The notes below the pieces were generated by a model. That model made no database searches, had not been told where the DNA came from, and worked only from the letters and a program-made list of their open reading frames with translations. Both the position numbers and the translations under genes were made by a program. This document shows positions 1 through 13,202 of a stretch of 49,637 bases of DNA, piece after piece. The stretch's first letter is position 1; each line of letters opens with the position of its first letter. Source of the DNA: Paramecium tetraurelia (lineage: Eukaryota); assembly GCA_000165425.1 (NCBI GenBank), contig CT868040.1:186001-235637 (forward strand). Reading direction: 5' to 3'.

Positions 1-745
1 TAAAGATAAACCCCTTATTGATTTACCCATTGAAAATGACAATGTAATTAATTGTTAAATAATTGGGACTTATTTAATCAAATATGAGGTTGAAACATCT
101 ATAGAGATCAATATATATGCAACAATAGATTAAGTATATCAATAAGTGTAATAATGTTTCAATCTGTAACAGGAATTTCAACTCTATTTTTAGGAAACAT
201 TATTAAAAAAAAAAACATTGGATAGAGACTTATTATTTTATGAAACTTAAATAAAACCTTATTCTGAAATTAAATTGAAAATAACTTCAAAAGTTGCTAT
301 GTACATTTACATAGATACCATAAAGAAGTTCGAGTGTTATCTGGTTTCTCAAGACTTGAAGTTAAAGGATTTGAAAAATTATTTAATAGAATTATGTTAA
401 ATTGATAAGCTTTGTTAGTATTAATTTGTTGTTGAAAATTAGATATTATTTGATGATTAATTTATTTCTCATTTATCAAAACAGTAATTGAACAATGTCA
501 TTACCTTAAAAGCAGTAGATGAAAGTATAAAATTCTATATTTGCGAAAAAGATTTAGATTGTTTTAAAATAATTGTAGAAATGAATTAAAATACGCAAAT
601 ATAGGATTTATAAAATTTAAAATAGTTGACGGGATAATAATGTCAATTTTATTTTAAGAATTAGCTTCTAAAAAAGGAGGAGACATTCTAATAAATTAAT
701 TTAAAAAATAAAGATATTATTTATTATGAAATTCAATCAACTTGA
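1..745 (+). CDS. 3' part of a protein with tandem divergent ubiquitin-like domains (5' end outside window)
   Basis: Open frame from position 2 to TGA 743-745. About three units resemble a Ubl pattern (TIDQVYQQV..FQLYFQETLL; KLKDLKNYL..YQFVVENQIL; QIQDLQNLK..QFYFKNQLLKKEETFQQINLKNKDII). Confidence 0.55.
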
Positions 746-1022
746 AAATTGATATTATTAATTACTTCAGATATAATGGCTTTTAATTTTATACTTCTTT
801 AGTTAATAAATAACCAGAATCAATTTAATTTTAGATATTGCTAAATAATAATGTAACTTCTGATTCCTATATGTAAGTTCTAAACATAGTTATTATATAA
901 ATCAATATCTCTAAACTATCTGAATTTCTTTTCTCTTGTCGTTCTATTGTTTGGCAGATTGATATAAATTTGATTCAAATTAAAGAAGTAGAAAAATTGT
1001 TATCATATTTATATTATAAAAT

Positions 1023-2012
1023 TCACATAAATGGTTTAGAATAACTTCCAGTTCCTAGATTGAGTAATGTTCTTAATCTATCAATTTCATCTTTCAATCT
1101 CCTATTTTCTTGAACAACATTGTAGTTTGAATTGGCTATAATTAATAGATTTGATTACATAGTTCAATTTTATTTGATGATTATGGCCTCTAAAGTATTT
1201 AAGATTGTTGTTATTATTGTAATTATTAGAATTATTTCTAAAGTTATTCAATTTGAATTTTGAGATGTTGATTCTCCTACTCTAAATCTCCAGCACTTTA
1301 TAGTACATATTCTAGTTCATCAAAGCCTTTCCTATAAATTAATAATGTATTTTACATACTTTAAAGTATCTAATTCTTATTTCAATCTCTAATTTTCTTT
1401 TTACAGTGCTTCACACTACTTCTTGTTGTCCTCAAAAGAATACTTTGATAATTTCATTTAATCTAATTCGATTCTCAATGATCTATTTTCTTATTCTAAT
1501 TGATTTCTATCTGCAATGAATCTGGCTGTGAGTTCTCGTATTTCCCTGTCTACTTATATCCTTCTTTGAAGTTCATTTTGATATCTCTGATCCTCACTTT
1601 CCTTATCTCTATTTTAATATTTAACTCTCCATTATTCACATTCCATTTATAACAAGGCGAGTTTCTTTTCGTATTCCCCTATTTTGACTCTTTGAGATAT
1701 CACTTCATTTTCAACTAAATCGACTCCCTTGTATCTCATCTCGCTAGTATTAAGTAGTTGCTAAACGTGAGTATTTTCTTCTCTCAATCGATCATTTTCA
1801 ACAGTAAGCAGAAATACAACCATGTAGATGTCCTCTCCTAACCAGGGTTTATTTGGAGGTTGTCCACCTTGCATGTCTTAGAAATTGGGTCTTTCTTCAA
1901 TGATCTTGGCCTGAATCTGCTGTAATTGGAACTTCATTCTTTATTCCTATTGAATTTGCGAAATGGATTGAGGGATTTCCCTATTGGGTTGCATAGGTGG
2001 TCTATACTCCAT
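1023..2012 (-). CDS. Hypothetical coiled-coil protein, Q/E/R-rich
   Basis: ATG 2012 (MEYRPPMQPNREIPQ...) to TGA 1023-1025, with two GTA..TAG introns near 1136-1158 and 1332-1358. Confidence 0.7.
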
Positions 2013-2313
2013 AATAAATTTATTTATTTTTATTGGTAATATGAATTAATATATTTATTAATGTTTTCACAATGCTCTCAAATTGTTGTTGCTTTTTCAA
2101 TGTTGTCATACTCAACTCCAATATAATATCTTTAAAAGACATTCTTTAGGTACTCATTTTTGCCCTTGATTAATCAAATAAGAGAGAGACTCTCCTTCTT
2201 GAGGTATCTTTGTGGTAGTATTAAATTGCATTTACTTTGATTAACTATCGATATGCGTTGGGATTAAAATAGGATTCACTATTTGAGATCCATTAAATAA
2301 ACTAGAGTAATTG

Positions 2314-3647
2314 ATGTCATTATTAGAATCAATAAATTAAAAATGGATAATCCCATTGGGCAACCGAAACTTATCAAATACTTACTTATAACAACAGAAT
2401 TACAAGCTCATCCAGCGTTTAGGAATGGGTGCCTTTGGAGAGATTTACTTGGCTTAAAATAAACAGAAGGAGGAATACGCTATAAAATTAGAAAGAACCA
2501 ATTGCCAATATCCACAGATTCTATATGAGGCCAAGGTGTATGCTTTCCTTCATCAGGATTCTCAATAATTAGACAAAGGTAATCTACTAAATTCACTTTC
2601 TCAGGTATCCCCAAGATATTTGGAGCAGCAACTGAAGGAGATTATAATTACTTGGTAATGGAGCTTTTGGGAAAATCAATTGAAGATTTATTTGCTTAAT
2701 GCCATCGCAAATTATCAATTAAAACAGTATTATCAATATAAATTCAGGTGTGTATGCTTGCAGAACAAATGGTTTCCAGACTTGAATTAATGCATTCACG
2801 ATCCTTCATACATCGTGATGTGAAGCCTGATAACTTCCTAATGGGCATAGGCAAGAAGCAGGCCAAACTCTATGTCGTAGATATGGGATTAGCCAAAAGA
2901 TATTTGACCAAGGATGGACACATTCCATTTAAAGAAAATAAACCACTTACAGGGACTGCTCGTTATGCAAGTATTAATACTCATTTGGGATATGAACAAA
3001 GTCGAAGAGACGACCTTGAAGGCTTGGCTTATGTTCTTGTTTATTTAGCCAAAGGCACTCTACCCTGGATGAACCTTGTATGTAACAATAAAAATGACAA
3101 ATACGTTCTCATCAAAGAAAAGAAAATTAAGACAACAACTGAGCAACTCTGTTCAGGATTACCTGAGGAAATGGCTTTGTACTTGAATTATGTTAAGAAA
3201 TTGAAATTTGAAGAGAAACCAGATTATAATTATTTACGGAATCTCTTCAAATAAACGTTACAAAAATAAAACCTGTAATTGGATTACATTTACGATTGGA
3301 CCAAACCTGAAAAAAGAAGATAAGAAAACGATCAAATGGATGATATCCGAAAAGTTAAGGAAGAAATTGCCAATAAAGAAGTGGATCCTAAATTAAAGCA
3401 AATTCCTCCTTAACAACCTGCGAAAGCTTAATCCATCATTGCACCAAAACCCTAACCCTAACCTATCAATTCTCCTAAAGAAAATCAAAAAGTCCAATAG
3501 AAATAAATTCGACCACAATCTGCTCAAAAACCCATAGTTCCTAAAAGACCTCAATTACAAACTTAATAAGGCAAAAAACCACCGGTAGAACCTAGAGTAG
3601 CAGCACCGAGAATTGTAATTAATAAAGAACCTTATACTAAATATTGA
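2314..3647 (+). CDS. CK1: Casein kinase 1 family kinase with Pro/Gln/Lys-rich tail
   Basis: [56 protein letters not shown]. Introns 2579-2604 and 2727-2747; TGA 3645-3647. Confidence 0.95.
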
Positions 3648-3729
3648 TATCTTATTTTTGAAGGTTTTATTTAAATCTAATGACTTTCATGTTTATTGCA
3701 CTTTATTTTTATACTATTATAATTTATTA

Positions 3730-5820
3730 TCAATTATTTTATTGCTATTAATCCTCTATTGCTTAAACCACTTTTAATGCGTAAGTCAAACTTTCAAATT
3801 AATTTTGAGGCAACTCCATCAATTACTCTTTGAATTCCTTTTTGTAATATTTTCTAAAATTTGTTTCAAAGGTGATGACTTATTTGTCTTATGAATATTG
3901 TATAATCTCCTTCAATAAATTAACAAAATCACTTTGGATTTAATTAGCATATGTGTTCTAATACTTAGCTTAAAAGCTCCTCAAAATCTTTTGCAAAGAT
4001 GCAGAACTCGGAATTGTTTATTGATTAGTCAAACCCTTAAATATTTTGTATACACTGGGTCTATAGTAGTTTTTCTCTGTTCCCAATACTTCATCATTTA
4101 AGATTTGGTTCTGTATTTCAATCCAATTCTGAGTCTTCTTTTGATTTTACACTGTACTCAAATAATCTTTTGCAACTGGCACCTTCTGTTTTTGGAAAAT
4201 GGTGGATGGTTATTATTTGATCTCGTAGACTTTTTCATAATAAAGGAACAACTTTTAAAGAGTCTCATTTGACACTTTGTAGAATCTAAGAAACAATTCC
4301 ATAAGTGATTTCAATTTCTTAGCCCTTATTTACAGGGCTGCGGGTTCTTTATTGATGATCAACTCATTGATCTCATGACTCTCCTTTAACTAATTTTCTA
4401 ATTCAATAGTTGCCTCCTCAAGAGCTTCCTGATATTTTGTTGCCACCAGAGTTTCAATCTAACCTGCTGAATTGATTATCTAAGTGAAGTCTTGGAATTG
4501 TAAATTCTACCTTCTTGTTATACAAAGCATGTCTTTCAATTATTACAATTGTTACTCAGTCAACATTGCTTATGGCTTCTGAGATAATTAGTTTAATGTT
4601 GTTAAGTCTGTTTGAAGGTGACTAGTAAATTTGATAAATCTAGTATCTAGAATGCATTGGACATATCCATAAAATAGCAATTTCAATTAGCTTTGATGAA
4701 CACAATCAGCAATCAAGTCAAAAATGAACGAATACTGTTTAAATTATTCATTCTATAATATTTTTTAGATTTTAGTCTCTATATTTTATTAGGTAACCTT
4801 CTTTTATCCTTGAGTAATTAAAAAGTATGTCAATTAAATCAACTCACATATTTCTTCAGGAAGTACCTTATCTAGTGGAAATTACAGCACATAAATGCTT
4901 TGTTTGTCATAAAACAAGTTTAAAATATCCTTATCTTCATCCGCTAACTGACATTGAAAATAATTCCTTTTTTTACCTCTAATTTCTTCTATTTCTGTAA
5001 AGTGATCCTTAAGCCTAGGGTAAATTTTCGAGATTATTTCACAATATGATGAGATGTCCTAGTCTTTATTTAATTATTGTAGATGATTTACAAATTTTTC
5101 TAGACTATAAGAATTCTATTATGTTTAATGAATCATATCTAACTTAAGCACCTCTTTAAATACTGCACTCAATACAATAAGATAAGGACAAAGCTGTTAG
5201 GCAATTATGATAGAGTCTTTTTTGATTAAATCAATGAAAGTCTTCATGCTTTTATCTTCTTCAATTACTCGAAAATAAATAGTTTCAGTTTCAAGCAGTT
5301 CTGCTATTTTTAAGGTATATTAACTTGAAAATCTAACTTCTTCTATTTTGCCTAATAAATTAGATAGAGCCTATTTGCAGCTGTCATCTTCAATTCCATT
5401 GATTAATGCTTAGATTTAAGTGCATTATTCATCTCTAGCCAATTCAAATTCTTTCGTCTGGTTTTTAGAAGCATACATCACCTATGCATTAAATATAAGC
5501 ATTTTCAAGTCCTGAATGTTGTGATTTAAGTATTCAAATGATTATTTCAAATAACTCTGTATGCCGATCATTTTCAAGGCCAAACACCTTGCTAAAGTGC
5601 TGCCAAATTATTCAAGAATATTGTATAAGTGCTGATTTGGAGTTAGGGGAGTGTGTTTAGTAACCGATATAATTGAAGTTTCCTTAGTATCTTATCCAAA
5701 TCTAAAAATGAATATTGAGGTTTACATTGCACTTGACTAGAAGATGGTGATTTGAGTTGGATTATCTTAGTTGGGAGGACTAACAAAAGAGAATTAATCT
5801 TAAGTTGATGCCTATTGCAT
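3730..5820 (-). CDS. Hypothetical protein, about 690 aa
   Basis: One open frame (ciliate code) from ATG 5820 to TGA 3730-3732; possible 24-nt intron 5702-5725. No motif recognised. Confidence 0.7.
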
Positions 5821-5873
5821 GATATTAATTAGAATTTATTATGTAAAGAATTAATAATTCTTAACTTAAGAAC

Positions 5874-6171
5874 TCATATTAATAATTATTTGGTCAATTC
5901 TATGTGGATACCGGACTTGTTATCCTGAGAGCTAGTCTTTATCTTATAGGTGATCCCACAATATTGATCATTTATTTATAAAGCAATCCTCACGCATTTT
6001 TCAATACTTGCAGACATCCCATGTATTAAAACAGTTTGAATGCTTTATTAGAGTATTATTAAATATTTACCCCTCTTCAAACAATTAAATAATCCGTTTA
6101 ATGTATCGATTGATGTGAGCATCATGTTTTACAAAAATCTCATTGAAAGCAGCCTTTTTATGAATTTTCAT
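5874..6171 (-). CDS. POP7: Alba-fold RNase P/MRP subunit Rpp20/Pop7-like
   Basis: MKIHKKAAFNEIFVKHD..IKRIIQLFEEG/IQTVLIHGMSASIEKCVRIALQI..KTSSQDNKSGIHIEL matches the Rpp20 pattern (NDIYV..IHGLG.AI..AI.IAL..TST...SAIHI). One 28-nt intron, 6043-6070. Confidence 0.75.
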
Positions 6172-6311
6172 CTATTAAATTATAAATATATATATATATT
6201 CTAAAACAGAACTTTAATAAATTATTCATCCAATTCATCGAAATTGATATGTTCATATTCATCGTTTGATGTAGTATATTGAATATAGTCTAAATTTTAT
6301 AAATAAAATAA

Positions 6312-8203
6312 ATGAAAAATAAAAGATCAATCTTCTAAGAATAACAGCCAGATCATGATTTGATTCGAAAATAGAATGAAATCAATTTATAACCAGCAGT
6401 ATAAGTATATAGAATGTATACTTCATTACATACAGTAGCTCAAGCACAATAAGTGGCTGACTCTTTGTCTTAAATAGATTTCATACAAAAACAATGTGAA
6501 AAGAGTATGAAGGTAAGAGATTTTGCTATGTATGCTGCTTAATTTTTCAAATATGAACATTACAATTTCGGGCAAACAATAATGAATCAAGGAGATTATG
6601 GAGATAGATTTTATTTGTTACTGAATGGTGAAGTAGGTGTATACATGAAACGGTCAAATGATGATATTGAGAATGATTTGGACATCTTGAATTAGTAGAG
6701 TAGTGAGGCTAACAATGGTGCAAACAATTCTTTAAAGAAAATGAAGAGTGTTGTATTGAATTAACTAAACAGATACGATTTAGCCTTAAGAATGTTAACA
6801 GATAATCCTATGTACTATAATAATGGAGTTCCTTTGTTTAAGAAAGTGTGGCAATATTATTCAGGTTAGTGTTTTGGTGATTAAGCACTAATTCATGATC
6901 AGCCAAGATCAGCAAGCATAGTGGTAGTATCAGAGGAGGCACATCTGATATCAATGAATAAACATGATTATAGATTGGTTTGTGAGAAACAGATTCAGGA
7001 ATAGAATGCTAATGTGGATTATTTTATGAAATTGTTTAATGGAGCTAGCAAATTTACAGTTACCAAATTTATTTAGAACTTGAGAACCATTCAATTCTCA
7101 GCATAAACAATATTATGGAAGGAGGGAGATGAACCCAAATTCTATTTTTTGATTTTGAAGGGTAGAGTGCAATTATATAGGTATATTTCAGAGGAAATGA
7201 TTACTCAACATGCCAGTAGAAAGAAGAAGAAGATCATATTAAGTCAATTATCAGATAATGCATTTGTTGGTTAAGAAGAGATAATCGAATCTCTTCCTTG
7301 TCGATTGTATTCTTGTTAGGTCTTGGATAATACATCAGCATATTACATGGAGGTTAATGAATTCAATAATCTCAAAAAGAACTTCCCTGACATTGTGAAA
7401 TTACTGAAAGACAAGAGTTCTTTAATTTCTGAATATATGAATAACAGATAAAATAACATCATTTCTATACTGGCATAACATGAACATCAAAAATAGGAAC
7501 CACCCCAATTGATGATTACTGAAAGAAAAACTGTGTAAGAGATATTCAAAGATCCACATGATAGACCAGACAAGAATGACATTAGATCATAGAAACCTAA
7601 GATACTCTTACAAACTGAAATTGCTCATTAGAATATGTTGTATCATCTCAAGAAAAAACCAACTGATGCCAAATCTAAATTCTTAATGGTTGATACAAGT
7701 CTAATTGAGTAAATCAGAGATAGAGTATCCAGAAAGGTATGGACTGGAGCCGAAAAGAAGTAGAGAGTTAAAACTACCAATCTTGAAGAAAACTAGATTT
7801 TGATTACCAGGGTTTAAAGTGCAATCAATAAAAAAACTACTCAAATGCAGAGTTTTGAATCCCTTGAAACTGTACTCTAAATCACTTCTACTAACCCTTT
7901 TTTTACTTCTCCAACCTTTGTGACTTCCACAACTAACACTGTTCCTCTTATTTAAAGATCCTGGAATCCAACAAGCAAATAATTAAGAGCTAAATTAAAA
8001 AAGACGTTGAGTTGTAGTCGAAACACACTTCCTACTCGTCACTCTGAAAATGAAGATATATTCTCACAATTCTAGCCCCCTAAAAGAATTCATACGTCCA
8101 AATCTCCCCAAAGAAGAATGTAAGATAATTTTATTATTATTATACAAGTTACTCAGCTTTTGGATCTCACAAAAAGAATGATAAATTTTTAAGTTATTTT
8201 TGA
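6312..8203 (+). CDS. Protein with two cyclic-nucleotide-binding domains
   Basis: GQTIMNQGDYGDRFYLLLNGEVGVY..GQCFGDQALIHDQPRSASI; second domain ILWKEGDEPKFYFLILKGRV..FVGQEEII. The 3' end assumes an intron near 8120-8148. Confidence 0.8.
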
Positions 8204-8415
8204 TATTAATTTTGATTATTCATAAAATTTTGTAATGATTATAAATAAAAGCATTCCCATTTTCACTTATATAATATTTATGTATATATTTGATAAAATA
8301 GAATAGAATTAATGTTAAATGACAATATATACAAAAAACAATGACCATAATTGTGACTTAATATCTCAAATTAGTTTTAATGTGAATTTAATAAAAACAA
8401 ATTATATTAAAAATA

Positions 8416-9450
8416 ATGTTATTAATTTTCTTGATTCCATGTGTTCTCTCTGTATAGAAGAACTTAGAAAAAGTGTGGATTGATACAGGTATTCAATATA
8501 TGCACATCCTAGATTCTGGAGATGCTCAGGCATTGGCAATTCTGTATGCAGCCTTCAACTTCAATGTATTAGGAATTTCAACTATTTACGGAAAGACATC
8601 GTAATTAATTTAATGAATTAGAGCTGAAAAAGCAGGAGAAAATGTTCTGAAGTTAACTACAAATATCTAAATGCCATATCACATTCCAGTCATACAAGGA
8701 TTAGATCTTCCATACAATAATCATTCATGTGTGACTTCACATGGGGATGGAATGTACCAAGCCAGTATATTTCCTGACCATCAAATCCCTATATTTAGTC
8801 AAGATTTAACTAAGGAGCTTAATATTTAAACTGAATATCGAAGCAAGAATTCAACTGTATAGATAGTAATGTAAATCTTAGTTTACACTTCTGTTGTTAG
8901 GAGCAGCTACTAATTTTGCAAAATTACTTTAGAGATTCCCTGAAAGAATAAAGTCAATAGGAAGAGTCATAATTGTTGGTGGGGACACAGATGGATGTGA
9001 TCCAAATTATAATTGTGATCCAGAAGCTTTACAAATCCTTCTGGAAATTCTTTAAGCCAACAACATACATATCACATTCATTCCTAAAGCAGAATAAGAA
9101 ATTCCACAAAAATATCTAGATGCTTTAAGATAATATGATAAGAAATTAAGCAATTGGGCTCTTGGCATGATAGAGTAAAGTAATTTCTCTATGCATAAAT
9201 GTAATTGATCGAATAATATGTTTTAGTGTTGGGAGTATATTTCCTATCTAATAGGGATTAATTTAAAATTGAAAAATACGGAGTGGAAATAGAAGAGAAT
9301 AGTAATTGTAAGGGATATGTTAATTTCTTTGAAACATCATTGCCAAATCAAGTAGAAGTGGTGACATAAATTACATTGGATAAATTTTTCAATAATTTAC
9401 TTTAAAGCATAGGTAAAGCTGCAAGAGGAGCTTTGATGAAGGATGAATGA
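8416..9450 (+). CDS. Nucleoside hydrolase (IU-NH)-fold protein with signal peptide and degenerate active site
   Basis: MLLIFLIPCVLS leader; KVWIDTDSG, LGISTIYG, IPVIQG, HGDG, GAATNFA, NCDPEA. About four tiny introns; TGA 9448-9450. Confidence 0.8.
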
Positions 9451-9686
9451 GTCAATGTTTAAGTGAGGTATATATATTTATTATTGTAATTTTATTTGAA
9501 TATTTACAATAATGTTTTCGTGTTATTAATTTGATAAATGTATGCAGTTGATTTGTGAGTGTTATTTGATGGGAATACGTCAAATGAATTTTGTTCCATA
9601 TTATTGAATTGAAATGATAAAATTGATTTTGAGATTAAATTTCTATTAGTACAATTTAGAATTAAATTTCGAATACAAAAATTATA

Positions 9687-11843
9687 ATGCAAATTCCACA
9701 AAATCAACCAGAATATAGACCAAGCAAATTGACTAGGTACTCAAACTAAACGTGTTATTCAATGGAAAATTGTGATGTATTCAACAATCAAATGGCGAAT
9801 ATGGACATGATGATGTAACAAGATTATTACCTTAAGGGATTAGATGACAATGTTATAATAAGTGTTTGAAGTACGATATACATAACATAAAGAAAATTAA
9901 TTGTAAAAATTTTACAACATGCCAAATCAAGAGCGAATGTATTATATGATTGATAAGGATTCAGGCAGAATTTTTGATATGAGAATTCCAGAGGTATCAA
10001 ATTCCTATCTATCAAGTAAGCAAATGAGATACAAGACATTATGAATGGCAATACTGTTTATGTTATCAAAGACTAGGCTTGGAATGACTTTATGTATTCA
10101 CCATTTCTAAATAGATTGCTGAGTAAAAAACTGAATGAACATCTGTTGGACTATGCAGAATTGGGTGATGCACAATCAATTGAGACATTGCTAATCCCAT
10201 CCATGGATTATTACCTTGATATAGATACAAAGTACCATAATTTGACATATCGACTTAGAGGTCTCGATGATTGGACAGCTCTGCATTTCGCATCAAATGA
10301 AGGGAATCTGGAGATTGTGAACATCCTATTAAAACATGGGGCTACAGTTGATGCCTTAACTAAATTTCAAAGGAGTCCTTTCTTCTTGACAGTGATGTAG
10401 AATTTCTTAGATTGTGCCAAAGTGTTATTGCAACACAAAGCCAATATCAACATATAAGACAGGGATGGCAACACTCCATTGCACATAGCATCCTAAATGG
10501 GATTAATTGAAATGATTGTGTTTCTATTGGAGTCAAAGGCTGATCCAAATATAAGAAATAATTTCAATTAAAACTGTATCTAGATTTGCTGCGACGCAAT
10601 TAGTTTGTAAGTGTATATTAAATATGGGTATGCTCAACATGAAGAAGTAATAATATTAATCAATTAGAAAGAATTATGAGAGAACTATGATTCCTGGGAC
10701 TAATTTCCTGCTCAGGAATGGGAGGTATGATCACGTATTAAAATTGATGACAATGGAGAAGTTGGCTGAAGGAGGGATACCTTAGAATTCGAATTCAAGC
10801 AGTTCTGTTAAGAAAATGTCGAAGTTCTAGAATCTGGCTAAATTTATGAATGTGAGTGTTTTAAAATAGAGGATGACACCAAATATGTTCAATTTTTATC
10901 AATTATTGGGAAAGGGATCGTTTGGAGAAGTATATTTGGTAGATAAAATAGGACAAGAACAATAAAAACTATTTGCTATGAAGATATTAAAGAAAGAACG
11001 AATGATGTCTTAAAATTTATTAAGATATGCATAAACTGAAAAGGAAGTGCTGAGTATAATGCATCATCCATTCATAGTGAAATTGAATTATGCATTTTAG
11101 ACAGAATCTAAATTATTTTTGGTAATGGATTTCTGTCCAGGAGGTGATCTATCTAAATTGCTTGATATAAAGAAAAAATTATCAGAAGAGGAAGCTAAAA
11201 TATATGTGGCAGAAATCCTATTAGCAATTGAATGTTTACACAAAAACAACATCATTTTCAGGGACTTGAAACCAGAGAATGTGGTATTAGATTCAGAAGG
11301 ACATGCTCTATTAACAGATTTTGGATTGTCCAAAAAAGGAGTCTCGGAGGAAGAATTAAATAAATCATTTTGTGGTTCACCTGCTTACTTGCCACCAGAG
11401 ATATTATCTAAATAGGGACACAACAGAATGGCAGATTGGTATGGATTAGGAGTAATGACATACGAATTATTGGTTGGTATTCCTCCATATTATGCCAATG
11501 AACGTGAACAATTATTTGATAATATTAGAAGAGGACCATTAAAAATACCAAGAAGCTTGTCTGCTGAAGCTAAATCATTTATTGTTGCTGTACATTACTG
11601 TTTATATATAAGCTTCTAAATAGAGATCCGAATAAAAGATTGGGAGCTAATTCAGATGGTGAAGAAATTCGAGAACATCCTTGGTTGGCTAATATAAATT
11701 GGAAGGATTGTTATGATAGAAAATTGAAACCATCTAGACCAACAGAACAGACTTTCAATAATGTACCTTTGAGAATCAACTTTATGGATATTGAAGAAAA
11801 TAAAAATAAGATAACTGGATGGTCATTCTTTGAAGAATCATGA
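9687..11843 (+). CDS. Ankyrin-repeat AGC (S6K/RSK-like) Ser/Thr kinase
   Basis: Ankyrin repeats (DDWTALHFAS, DGNTPLHIAS), then LGKGSFGEV, FAMKIL, HPFIVKLNYAFQT, RDLKPEN, DFG, SFCGSPAYLPPE and a C-terminal ITGWSF. Seven inferred tiny introns. Confidence 0.92.
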
Positions 11844-12914
11844 AAAATTATCACAAATTCTCTTACATGAATCATTTTTAAATGACCAATTCTCTATATG
11901 ATGTTCCAATTTACTATCCAAATTCTACTTCTAATCCACTATATTCAAAGCTAACAATGTTTCTACGAATAAAAACAATGAATCCTAAGTGTAATCATTT
12001 TCCTTATCAAAATAATCATCTGGAATTTTCTTTAATTACTCTCTATAATCAATCCCCTCCTGTATATCATTCAATAACAATATTGTCAACAAATCAAAAT
12101 AGTATTCATTAACCTCCAATTTATCCAATATCTTAACCAATTGATTTCCTAATTATTAATCAATGATGGAATTTATTAATTAAATTAATCCTTAATTCAA
12201 TTTATCAAATTACGTGATCTACTTCTTAATCCTCTCTCTATCACACTAATAGTTGGTTTGCATGTAAACTACTGACTGCATCCAACATTAATGGTTGCTT
12301 TATGAGAATATTTTGAAGGCCAATTCAAATATCTACTTATGAGGATTTGGATTCAACAACAGTATCTGTATCTCCTTGAAATAATCATTCTCCAAACAAA
12401 TCTACATCATCTATCTCACTATTTATTCCTCCTTTAAATCCATATATAACATAGAATTTATCACCAACCTTAAATCAATATGATCTATTTCATTTAATTT
12501 CGTAAGCAAGAAAGAACAATCTATATATCTCCTATGTCTTGCAGCTATCAGTATTAATAATGAACATATTTTTGGATATTACACAAAATTGTTTATATCT
12601 GACATCTCAAAATCAATGTTGTGTTTATCGAATAACTATAAAATATCCTAAGCCAAATTAGCATATTGCTAATCTGATATCCATTAGAACGAATACTGCA
12701 ATGCATTCATTAACAAAGTCTTCAACTCCTATATTCTGTCACTACTAACATCAAGTAAATTTTTTATATAAAATGAACATCTTCTGGTTTCACCTTAACA
12801 GTCTCTCGATCGCTACAACTTAGCAGAGCATTCAAGTTCCAAGATCATCTCTCTCCTTTCATCTGAATAATCAAGTAAATTCTACAAACACAACTTCACA
12901 ATTTATTCAATCAT
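11838..12914 (-). CDS. Hypothetical intronless protein, about 358 aa
   Basis: Open frame from ATG 12914 (MIEQIVKLCLQNLLDYSDE) to TGA 11838-11840. Confidence 0.7.
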
Positions 12915-13202
12915 TTAAATTATAATTAATTAATTCAAAGATATCACATTTAAATATTACTAATTTCCATTATATTAAAATGAAGTACTTTAATATGTAT
13001 GAATTTACAATTATCTGTTAACTTACAATAATTTATAAGATATTAATTAATGATCTAGAATTATCTCAATAATATTCATCTATATCCTTCAAGATATTCC
13101 AAATAATTTAACCAATTATATCTAAATCAAAGTAATAATAATATACAGATTGAATAATAACAATATATGAATAATTATTATAGATATATAAATCCTTGTA
13201 CG

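Noticed and set aside
750..2310. Possible small ORFs in 750-1010 and 2040-2310
   Set aside because: Short frames with no recognisable motif; with TGA as the only stop such frames arise by chance.
2343..2400. ATG 2343 out of frame with CK1, suggesting a frameshift
   Set aside because: An in-frame ATG at 2314 gives an open N-terminus.
3450..3463. CCCTAACCCTAACC telomere-like repeat
   Set aside because: Only two units, in frame as Pro-Gln-Pro-Gln in the CK1 tail, and not the Paramecium TT(T/G)GGG repeat.
4900..4980. Suspected frameshift at the T7 run in the 690-aa ORF
   Set aside because: Recounting showed the frame is continuous.
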